A DNA stretch of 53,905 bases, counting the filler, from Sphacelaria rigidula (lineage: Eukaryota): assembly GCA_964200075.2 (NCBI GenBank). It is 3 parts of 3 records of this genome, joined end to end, with 100 filler letters (N's around TTAATTAATTAA, not from the genome) between each part and the next. Parts side by side here need not be neighbours in the genome. Positions count along the whole stretch, not along the records: positions 36,008 to 53,905 come from CAXNAA020000969.1; 2 more parts are not named here. The stretch is one strand, 5' to 3'. A model generated the notes under the pieces. That model made no database searches. It saw nothing but the letters and a program-made list of their open reading frames with translations, and was not told the origin of the DNA. Positions 37,422 through 48,500 of the stretch are shown here, piece by piece. The position numbers were made by a program, and so were the translations under genes. Numbering within the stretch: position 1 is the first letter of the stretch; each line of letters begins with the position of its first letter.

Positions 37422-39330
37422 CGTGTGTTGGCCTTCCTCCTGCGTGATATTGTACCCCGGCTGATGTATCTACATAATATACCGAAAGCTGGTGCAGACT
37501 GACGTCCAGGATATAGATGTGATGACGACACTACAACACGCACACAGTATACGAGTATCACTTTAAAGTGTTAACTGATCATATGATATGACAAATAGAT
37601 AATAATCATGATGAGTGTGTATGTGTTGCACAAGTCAGACGGATCAGCTCGTTACAGATCCGGGTCAGCTCATTTGGGGCATAGATCATGATCCGTCCGA
37701 GGTGAGCTGTCACCCGTGCACGTTTCTCCGATGCTGATCCGTAGGACTCGTTTGACCCGTACATGTTTGCCGAGCGATGAGCTGTACGACGCGGTTCACA
37801 CAAACACTTTCGTGTACAACTGATCTGCAGACCCGTGTCATCTGTACAACATTATTACATAGTTGTGATTTACATCACTCGGGTCAGGCAAGCGCAGTAG
37901 TAGCTTGTCGTCGACCCGTGCGATCCGAATCTCATGTACACCAAAAAAAGCTAACCCCGACCCGTAGAACCCGAATCTAGCGTGCAGGAAACCCTTTCCC
38001 GCATCCGTAAGATCCGGATCAAGTATGCAAGAAAAACAATATTCAGCTCCCTCACCTGTTCACGTGTATGGCCCGGGTGCAATGCATGTCTACAAGAAGT
38101 CCGGACGTTGGCTGTAGCAACCCTGGCATATGGAACATGAAGTAAGTATACTTTATTCCGAGTGGTTCCACGGTAGGGCTGCAAACTTTTCCCGAAGATG
38201 TGCACTGTCGGCGCATCCGAATGAAGTATACAATAAACATTATTCAGCTGTGCCAGCGGCTGTATGAACGACTGACTGTTTTCGTATATTCAGAGTGTAC
38301 TGTACAGTCATGCGCAGCGGGAAAAAAAAAAGCACAACTATATTATGCTCGATTGGTTGATCATGACGTTCGGCTGACGTCAGACGAAAATTTCCGCAGA
38401 AGAGTCATTGACGTGTACATTGCCGGCGTTGAAGCGCGGGTATCTCCTGCAAGCCTGCTCGATCATCAGCTGAATGACCTTTGCGACCCGAGTCATCCTA
38501 CGATAGGTGGGGGGGTATTTTGGGCCATTATTTGTTGCTCGAAATTTCGAGTCAGATCGTCGTTGAAAGCAGCAACAACGGTTGTTCGAACAAGCTTGAT
38601 GTGGATCAATAACGCTCATCCATACTGCCTGACACCGTTTGTAACCAAATACAAGCGCAACGCAAGTGTGGAAGGATGTCTGACACACTCATGAGCCTTT
38701 TCTTTCGTGCAACCAAATACCCCCCCCCTATCTTAAGATGACTCACCCGTTTAATCTCACCCGTTTAATCTATATACTTCTCTCGTGTGGTAACCTATAA
38801 ACCCGATTGCTCTGGACACATGGCGTGATGACTGACCTTTATGACCCGTGCGATTCGTGCATATCTGTCCGATGATGACCTGTATGGCCCGTGCGATACG
38901 TACATGTCTGTCTGATGATGATCTGTATGACCCGTGCGATCCGTACATGTCTGTCCGATGATGATCTGTATGACCCGTGTGATCCGTACATGATCTTTTT
39001 GGGCACACCTATCTATGTAATCCGAATCAGATATGTACATGAAACGTCAAGGAGAACCTGTGTATCCTTGTACCCCGTACAAGATACCTCCCTCTTGATC
39101 GATGAGATCCGGATCACAAGGACCGTTCCATAACTAGTTGAACTGTATGTATCACCCGAATCGGGTACACATGTTTCTTCACATTTGAGCTGTTGTATGA
39201 CCCGGATCCTATAGAAAGTGATCCGTCTGATGTGTGATGTGTTGTCGTCCCATCTATTCTGGATGCTGGTCTACATCTTTCGGTATATGTGGGCGCACCA
39301 GCCGGGGTCACACAGGATGAGTCAACTCAA
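37422..39330. mobile_element. ~1.9-kb element with long degenerate terminal inverted repeats and subterminal 43-bp minisatellite arrays
   Basis: 37438-37540 (cctgcgtga...ccccggctgatg...atataccgaaag...tccaggatatagatg) is the inverse of ~39235-39316. The unit cgatccgtacatgtctgtccgatgatgatctgtatgacccgtg repeats at ~38820-39000, with decayed units at ~37620-38030. Confidence 0.65.
38243..38640 (+). pseudogene. Possible decayed OTU-like cysteine protease fragment inside the element
   Basis: ASGCMND*LFSYIQSVL, a frameshift at an A-run, then FRRRVIDVYI...HQLNDLCDPSHPTIGGGVFWAI...NNAH. Resemblance to OTU motif order is by eye only. Confidence 0.2.
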
Positions 39331-39340
39331 TCAGATATTA

Positions 39341-40235
39341 CCGTAAAAGTGCGAGAGATGGCACCGGGTGCGACAGATTTTCTAAATGATTTTTTCTCGG
39401 ATTTTTTCCACACCCCGGTGCCGTCTCCCCGACCGGTGCCATCTCCCCGACCCCGGTGCCAAAATGCAATTCAATGATTCTTTCTGGATTTCAATGCACT
39501 CTGGTGCCATCTCTCCGACCGGTGCGATGCCCAAACAAATGCAAACCGTGGCCTACATACTTGAGCGTGTCGGGAGATGGGGACGAGGAAGGAGGCATTG
39601 AGTTGTGAAAGATCGCTAGTTGAGAATACAGAAGATCATCCGTGGAGAGCAGCGTTCTTTCGTTTGTGCGGTGGGCGCATCATTGGTATCTAGGTACCTT
39701 TGTTGCTGGCTCAAAGGGATCACGGCAACGGGGTCTGGAACGTAGTAGCTCGCACTAGCTTGCCGTACATCACCATAGCACAAAGGCCATCTGCTGTATA
39801 CCGGGAGGTGTTCAGTGCTAGTCTGGATATGGCGTGAACGTCAAAAATGTTGGCTGCTTCATTTGGGTGTGTACCGTACTTCGTTCGGACGGAATGGGCG
39901 ATTTTCCATGCGGATTAAATGAAAATAACAGAGATCATCCTGCTTGAACACTGACCATACACAAAGTAGTGTTGCCCCGACAACATGTTTACAACACTGC
40001 ACACGTGAAAGGTACCCATGTGTGTACATGCAGCAGCAGCAGCTCATGAGTGGCCCTGCTCCACCCGCGGAACCCTCACAGAGTTGGGTTCCGGGTCGGT
40101 AAGATCGCGCACCCCGGCGCGATCTGACCGATCCCGGTCCGAAAATACAAATAAACACTTTTTTGGCGCACCCCCACGCCAGCTCCCCGACCGGTGCCAT
40201 CTTCCCGACCGGTGCCATCTCTCGCACTTTTACGG
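39341..40235. mobile_element. 895-bp non-autonomous Tc1/mariner-superfamily (pogo/Tc2-like) element
   Basis: Perfect 27-bp terminal inverted repeats ccgtaaaagtgcgagagatggcaccgg (39341-39367; 40209-40235), flanked by TA on both sides, with internal repeats of ccggtgccatctccccga. Confidence 0.88.
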
Positions 40236-41529
40236 TATGTATGCTGCATTCTTGCTGCAATACCCACCGGCCGAAATATATATGCATGCATCGCTGAGTT
40301 ATCTTCTACACAATTCTCCCGGTCAGAATATGCACCGCTGAGCTTGCGCTGAGTGATCTTTTATAACTCACTCAACCAGAATAAGCACTCTATAACTCAC
40401 CACACCAGATTATACTTACCGCTGAGTTATCCTCTGCCTTGTGTTGGACGGAACAGGGTACACTGCGAGGCGCACATGTTTGCAGGGGTGCCGATCGGTC
40501 CTAAATCGCGCTGTTTGTTTTTCGCGCAAGTTGGCGTAGTACATGCTCTACAGCTGTACGGACTGTGGGCACCTGATCTTTGTGTCGGGATTGAATTTTG
40601 AGTGGTGTAGGCCTAGCACGGACGGACAGCTCCATCTTGCGCGTTTACCTGTGCCTACTCTTGGGCTGAAATAGGTTGTGATGTACGATACCCACGTTCC
40701 TGTATATAGTTCGTCTGTCTTCTGCCCTTCACTACCAACGACCAACGGGAACTAACAACCATTAATAGGTTCTGGAAGCCTGTGATGCTCGTCCCGTGCG
40801 CAGCAAAGGGTATGGTATATGTGTCATATCCTTTGGTGCGCAGCTTACTGTGATTTCCCCATCGCAGCCAGGAGTATCATGGCGGCAACGCTCCAACTCA
40901 TCGTGCCACAAGATGTGCTACGCTAACCAGTGAGTGTGTCGATGCGTTTTCATGTAAAAGCGCCAACTCCATCGCTGGCGGTTGGTCTATATGTGGCAAC
41001 AAGTAGTGGGCTGACCGACTGTGAGATGTATGTTCAATTTTTACGGAGATACGAAAAGCGGCACGTACGCCAATTGGATTTTCGAGAAAATACCCTGTCG
41101 TGCCATCGTCGTGCTCAAAATGTCCCATATCCAGCATCTCTGCAATAACTGTCAACACGCTTTTTGCGTTACAGCCGTGTGTTACAAGTGTTGGTATCGG
41201 TAAAGAAGCGCCAGGGAGCACCTCCAACCATATATTTCACGCTTCTTACATCCTGGCTAGGTCAACGTGCGGCGATTTACGGGTCAAGCGGGGTGTTTGT
41301 CGGGTGTACCGTCATTTTTAAATTAGGAATTGTTGCTACCAGAACTATACCGGGACCGGTGCAAATTGGAATTTTTCATTGAATTTTCTAGAAGTGACGT
41401 TGGCTTATTCGAATTCAACGACCCGTAGTTGAAATTTACCCTACACGGGATCAGCACAGGACAGGATAGTGTCACCACCGAGACCATACTGGATTGTGTC
41501 TACATCTACAACCGACACGCATCCATTTG

Positions 41530-43523
41530 ATGACCACCCAACGCCGGACCTTCCTCGTGGCTCGGGATCAAGCGCAGTTAAACAACTGCGCTCTCCTTCA
41601 GTTGGTAAGGTTTCGTTTTGATCCCGTGAACAGTCTGTCGGGTAGCCTAGGGAGCCAGCGCAAGCTCCTTGGTATTCTCGAGAAGAGAATCAGATGACGG
41701 GATACAAGCCACCATTCTATACGAGTGCTATAGGTGCAGGGATAGCGAACTTTACGATAGTATTGGTGGAGAAAAGCTTCATAGGCAGCCCTCATGAGGC
41801 CAAAAAGCCGTGGAAGCTGTAGCCAAGTGGCATATTGTTTTTAGAAGATACGTACGAAATGCATGAGCGGAGCTTTTGCGGGATTAGCGACTGTTCATGA
41901 GTCAACTTGTTGTTGCTGTTCGAAGGCTGACGCAAATCCGTCTAGTCGGTCGTCGGAGCGCCTGAATTTCTCTCTGACATCCACGGCCTCTTAGCTTGAG
42001 TTTAGCGACGTGTGCAACACCGATCGCCTTCAGATTATTGCTTTCAATTTTTTCTCTCTATCCCGTTTTCCCGATGTTGAGTCCCATGTGTTCCCATCTT
42101 GCAGGGACTGTAGACGTCGGTCGCCGCGTTTTGCATCGGGTGTCGGTGTAGTATTCATTTAAATTTAGTACAGACAGAATTTTCGGATTTCGAGAGGATC
42201 GGCGTGTTCGGCGCATTCAACTTGTTCGGTTAACCGTTAGACCGCGATGCAGGTACTCATAGCCCATCTGGATTACCGATACTTTCAAGTGAAACTGATG
42301 CCGATTCAGCAGATGGACTACGCTCGCAGTCAAACAGAGTAGATTGCCATCAGTCATCTCGAAATTGTCCTGGAGTAGGGCTGCGTTGTGGGAAAATGTG
42401 CTAGGCAATGACCCACCATGTAGCTGTACAGTACACTTGTTTAAGCCTCACGACGAGAGTAGGCCATCTGTTGAACATGCATCAGTTCCACTTGAAATAA
42501 TTGAAGGTTTGCATGATGCAGATGGACTACCCTCGCGGTCTACAAAAGCACTCTTGGATAAGATTTACAACAAATCTGCTGCCGCGGCGGTGAAAAGGGG
42601 GAAAGGTGAAAATATATCTCCGTGTGGCGACCACCGTGGGTAAAATAAGCGGAAAAATCGGATTTGCGACTTAGTTCGTGCTCAAGTAGTGGAAAGATCT
42701 CAGCACGAGCGAAAATGCTGACTGTTTCCTTTGGCCTGTTTGAAATACGAGTACTGTCTGCTATCCTCCATGTACTGACTGTACTGTGCTGTGAAATATC
42801 GAGTTAAACGGCGCTCATCCGCGTAAACCAACCACCGTGCGTGCCTGTTGTTTGTTTCCATTTTTATTCCCTCCCGCGCAACAGGATCTGCGAGCTCTTG
42901 CAGGCTGTGTGGTGGCGAAGAACAAGCTGCACATCAACTACGTTTTCGGATGCATGGGCCAGCGGACATTCTTGGTTAACCTCAAAAACAAGGCAACAGG
43001 ACGACTGGTCGAATCCGTTGTCAAGGCCGCGCTTGGTTCGGAGGTCGAAATATCCACCGTAGAGACTGTTGTGCCTGGAGAGAAATTCGCGCCCGGTCTG
43101 CGAAAATCGGCTGGCAGGCGTTCTCCCCTGGATGAAGCACCAATTGAAGCCACGGTCGAACGCCACGCGGCGAAAGTGTTTGGCGAGTCTGGTGGGACAG
43201 CCCTGTTGCTGGGAATAACCGGTGTCGTGAAGACCTACTTGTATGACGGCAGGGGCAGACCCGGCCTTGCCCTCACATCAACATCAACATCAACATCAAC
43301 ATCAATATCAACAGCAGCGACAACTTCGGAACAGCAACATCAACAGGAAAAGCAGCCGCGGCAACCTTCACCACAGCAGCAACTACACGGCAAATACGCA
43401 GAGGAAAGCGAGGGGGGCGATGATGAGGACACCTACGCGTATGCTGATGCTGAGATGGAGGAATGGGATTCATCGTCCCAATCAAGCGACGTTCTTGCAC
43501 CACCCGGAAGCCCGCCATACCAG
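41530..43523 (+). CDS. Uncharacterised protein module, copy 1 (exons 41530-41604, 42885-43523); either its own gene or the 5' part of the HSF-like gene
   Basis: MTTQRRTFLV...NNCALLQL|DLRAL...INYVFGCMG...FLVNLKNKATGRL is clearly paralogous to 45550-46470. Canonical GTAAGG donor and polypyrimidine acceptor in phase 0; followed by an S/T/Q-rich and acidic tail. Confidence 0.75.
42234..42541. mobile_element. Two oppositely oriented piggyBac-like MITEs (~42234-42339, ~42445-42541) in intron 1 of the module-1 gene
   Basis: Both are preceded by TTAA. The first contains the reverse complement of catctgttgaatcggcatcaatttcacttgaa, and the second ends cagatggactaccctcgcggtc. Confidence 0.65.
43275..43310 (+). 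repeat. Coding hexamer repeat (ACATCA)5 plus one variant unit, encoding TSTSTSTSTSIS
   Basis: Read directly from the sequence. Confidence 0.9.
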
Positions 43524-43797
43524 GTGCGAGGAGGAACTTGACTCGGAACAACTCACTTGGCACAACCCTTGAGTCCAACAGTACAGTAGAACGCGCTGTT
43601 TTACTGAATTAATTTGCCCAGTCTATCCATTACAGGGAGGATTGACGTTTCCTTCCTACGATGTATATGTCTAACAGTCCGTCTGTCGTTTGTTGTTGCC
43701 CTCAGCTGTGGTCTGTAAGGGGCCGTATGTCTTCGCCAGTAACCGGGTGGTATTGTGTGACGCGTAAAGCGTACTACAGTATTTTACACTCGCCTGG

Positions 43798-43997
43798 GGC
43801 CGTGTCTTGTAAAAACGTAAAAGCAAATTGGTGTCGAAAACGTGCGGTGGAATCGAATTCGCTCTCATCTGATACGTCCACGTCATTTTTTTGCCTTAAA
43901 TGGTTGAGAACATGAACGTGGTGGATATCAGGTATGAGCAAATTCGATCTCACCGCACGTTTTCGACGTCATAATAATTTTTTTGGAAGACACGACC
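43798..43997. mobile_element. 200-bp foldback MITE-like element (GGCCGTGTC...GACACGACC)
   Basis: gtcgaaaacgtgcggtggaatcgaatt pairs with aattcgatctcaccgcacgttttcgac. Same layout as 766-954. Confidence 0.65.
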
Positions 43998-45549
43998 TGA
44001 CAGCAGTTATTTCCACAATCGAAAGTGTTTTGTCAGGAAAGGACAAGGAACTCAAAGAACGTTCCGAGAGCATCGATCAATCCCCGAGTTGACCATCTAT
44101 CATAAGCTGGAAAGGAAGTAGTAGCTGAACCACCTGGAGGGAAGTGAAGACAGTTCCAGCATTAGCTACTTCATTTCATTTTTGTGGTAGCTTGGTTGAG
44201 TCTTTGCACCGCGCAACACAGGCCAGTGCTTCCTCCGTGGTTGGGCTGTTATTCCACATTTAAGTAAAAAGAAATAAGCTCAAATCTGCAGACATGGGAA
44301 ATGACGGGGAACAAGCCAGATGGAGAACATTGACTGCTGAACCGCACGATCACCTGGTACTGAACCGCGCAACTAGCGTAGATAAACAGTTGCTCACGGG
44401 CAGTGTACATGCAGCGCCACTCGGCCAACGTCTCTGGAGACAACGATGGGAGGTTCACCTCCAATTATTTCATGGAGTTGGTGTGATGTGTACCCGGATG
44501 CACGATGCTCACTCTAGGTCGCATCTCTCGTCAGGCAAGCAGGTGCTATCAATATAATAGTACAATGTAATAGTACGAAATACTAGTTTTCTTTACTCGA
44601 CACAAGCAATGCTAGAGGATAGCCGTTAGGCCGTTCAAGTGGACATATCGTCAAAAGGCACATACATTCGAGTCATTGAAGATGTGTCTCCAGTGGGTGC
44701 TTGTGTGTCTTGCGTATTGTACCGCACTTCCTTGGGTATCATACCTCATCCCGACCGACCACACCCAACAATCTAATTCATGTTGTCACCAGTTTTGAAA
44801 TCTGTTTTTTGTTGTGAAAGTGTGTGCTCTTGTGTCTCTCAAGTGTAGAAGAAGAAGATTGGCGGCGTAACTTGCACCAAGGTGTACAGCAATAGCGCCC
44901 CCCCCCTCCCTCCCAGTGTCATTCTCTCCGGAGAAATGTCAACGGGGAAAACTTGCAGTGCCAAAAAATGTCGCGCATGGGGGTACCTCGGCATCTTTCC
45001 AAAGGTACAAATTCCACCTCCTCTTGCACGCTAATCCTGGCGGAGAAGTGTGACTTGTATCCATTTTCTTTCGTTGGGGGTGTCATCTACCGAATTCCAC
45101 GGTACAATCCATCACTGCCATGTTTTCTGGATTGTTGACGTCGTATCGAAGACACAAATAAACAATTGTTCGTATAATTGTTCATGTGAACCACATCCCA
45201 CGCACACCCTCCGGAGTCACACGCCCGCGTTCTCCCTGCAAAGCATTAACATGTTATTGCTATAATAGTCTCAAGAGACGCAGTCGAAGCAGCGATCATC
45301 CCCACATACAGCAAGTGCAATTTGTGTTTCGTCGCGAATTTGCACGCTGGCACTCAGCAATTGGCTGGTCTATGAGTCACTAGAACCACAAGAAACGGTC
45401 TTCATAGCACACCGCCTCCTTACCCGCACGTCATTTATTATCGCCGACAAGCCCACTCATCACTCACGCCTCTGCCTTATGACATACAGCAACATCAAGG
45501 CCAGCAACAGCAGAATCTGTCACCCAGAAAAGCTGCAAGTGATCGCCTC

Positions 45550-48500
45550 ATGGAAACGCAACGAAGGACCTTCGCCGTAGTGCCGGCCGAAGCCGAGGGC
45601 CAGCCAAACAATCAGGAGCTGCTTGAACAGGTGCTAGAGTTATTTTATGCTTGTCAACACAGTACATGACGTCCGTGGATAATTCCTGCACCTGGGCGGG
45701 AAAAGTAAACAAAAAATCGTCATCGGTGACTTTTTTCAGTCAGTAGTGCCTTGGCGCGGCTTTCGGCACAACGGAAGATTGTCCACGAACAACCTCCCGT
45801 TTCTTGCTTTCTGAAATGGCAGTATGAGTACATGCCCTTTATCTCGTCATGTGAAGACGTTTCACTGTCATCTCCCAAGAAGATAGTAGCATTCTTTTTT
45901 GAGTATTTTCTTGTGTGTGGAGCTCATTCTCTACGAAATGTTTTCACCTCGAGAGCTTGAAATTCATGTCGATGAATGTATCGCTGTCATGATTGGAATT
46001 GAATACACGTTGGCATCGCCGCGCTCAAATCTTGCCTGACTGCGTTACTGAACTGAACTGCTTCACCTGTATCGATGGCCGAAATATCGTTCGTTCCAGG
46101 TGTTGAGTAAGCTACGGGAGTGCGAAGTAGTCGGGAAGAGAATCCGTATCAACTACTTGTTCGGGTGCCTTGGTGAAACACGATTTCTAGTAAATCTGAA
46201 GTGCAAAGCCACGGGACGACTCGCCGACTCCATAGTCAAAAACGCACTTGGCCCCCGGTGGGAGGCGACGCCCTTCGAAACGCAACAGAGAGGGGAGAAA
46301 TTCGTACCTGGCCGGAGCTTCAGAAACCGCGCAACGACCAGCGGCGAAAACAAACGCAAAAGGGGCGAAGCCACGATAGAGCGAGAAGCGGTGCGAGCGT
46401 TCGGAGCCTCCAGCGGAATTGCTCTTTTGCTAGCAGCCGGTGGCAAAGTCGAGGCGTATCGGTATGATGGCGTGGTGGGTCTGGTGCTGGGCGACAGCGG
46501 AGACCAACAGGAGTATGTTGCTGCGGGCGCGGCCTTAGATGACGGCGACGTGGCGACGGCAGCGGCGGCGGCAGCGGCAGCTGGAGGAGGAGAATCTGGT
46601 TCGACTCACACAGCAATGGAAACGCTTCACTCCAAGGTATTATCCCCCCAGCTCATGAGTCCTGTGCAAAGCGTCTTGCTTTCAGTGGCGCCCAGCGGAT
46701 TTCTTCCATGTCCCGTTTTCACCAAGCACGGGCTCGGCGTGGTGGACAAAGTTTTGCCTCTTGTATCTGGTGCCGTACATATCTAGACTGCCATGTGTGG
46801 CACAACATAGTCTTGACCTTATCATTCGGGATGCGTTGTATGGTGCTGACCCTGATGTCAGTTCTCGTTGTGGCGTGGACGCTGATTTCACGATCCTGTA
46901 CCCGAAAACCCGATTGTCCTGTCTGTACTCGTACTATTGCTTCTACCTTCTACTTTTGAACATTCGGACATCAGAAGCAGTCGCCACACCCACCGATCAC
47001 CATCCCTCGCGATATGAGCTGCGACATGAGCGAAGACAGTGACCACGCCGGCGGCGGCGAAACAGCCAACGCTAGCGATTCGGAGCACCCAGAGAGAAGC
47101 GGAGATGGCGAGGCAACAACACCTATGGATTCCGAAAACGCGGACGGAGTGATCGACGTGGGCCGTCGTTCGCTGTGGGCATCGTCAAGTACGAACTCCT
47201 TCGATGCGCGGCGGGGACAGCTGCCATTGTCTGCGCGGGAGGAGCCATACGCGAGGTCGAACAGTCAGCAGAAAACTCCACCTGCTGCTGCTTCGTTGCT
47301 GTTGGCACGTACCTCGAGAGCTGAATGCATGGTCGAAGGCCAGAGAGAGAAACAGACACGGAGCGAACAAGAGGTCGAACAGGAGACGCAAGCCGGCGCG
47401 CCGTACGACGCTTGGGAAGATTCGGAAGAGGAACAGATGGCTTGGCGGTTTGGGCTGACAAGGGATAAACATGGCCGCGCCGGCACTATGGGGGCGGAAG
47501 GCGGGTGCAGCGAAGGACAGGATGGAAGAGCTAGGCATGAGGCACAGGAGCCCTCCGAGGTGCTACACACGCGCGCTCGGGCGTGGGCTTTTTTAAGCTT
47601 GAGCATCGATTCGCCCCAGTCGCCGCAGCGGCAACAGTCTCTGTCGGAGAGTAAGGTTGCGATGATTGCGGGACTGGCGGGATATTCTCGAACTGCTGAT
47701 GGGGATCTGGTGGCCTGCCAAGACCGTGTCGGCAAGAGTGACAATACTGGCAGTACCGGAAGAGAGTCTTGGAGAGTCGTGAATACGGAAGGCCCAACTC
47801 GACGTTTGTCGCAGGGCATGCCAAGGAGTAAAGGCCTCGTCGACCGATGGCGAAAGGTGAGCTTGTGGGGTTGTCATGTAGAGTGAAAGTACTAGTAGCG
47901 GTCAGGCTCGTGCTATTATTCCCCGTCTGTGTCGGAGGAATACATTCGGAGGAATAACAAATCGTCGCGCATCTGCTTCTGCGGAAGATCTAGCCAGGAT
48001 CGAGACTGGACGTTTGTGTTCCCCTATGCTGTAGTTGTTGGCAAATACTCGGACTTTGACATCGAGAAGCAACACATCCCCAAGTCTCCCGCTCAAATCA
48101 ATTTCCACTACCCGACTGACTCTGTCATATGATCTTGTGCTCCAATTTTTTCCACTCTTGAAACATTGGCGCTTGCGCAAGCAGGACAACGCTCTACCAA
48201 GTAGAAAACAGAAAAGCGCGTCGTTCGTGGTGGACCTTTACAACATCCTGCAACAGGAAGACTCGGCCGTGATAAGCTGGTTGGGTGCACCGGTTCTGGC
48301 CACGGGGCTCTCGGAAGATGCGTTCTTCATTCGAGATCCCAAGCGGTTTTGCATGGACATCATGCCGCGGTATTTCAGCCGACGTGAGTACCCTCGTAAA
48401 CGCCTTTTGTACACGAAGCCATGCTGCAGGGGCTGGTCTTTCCTGATTTTATTTCGTCACTTTTATTATTATATATCCTTTATCATCATTATTTCTTCCA

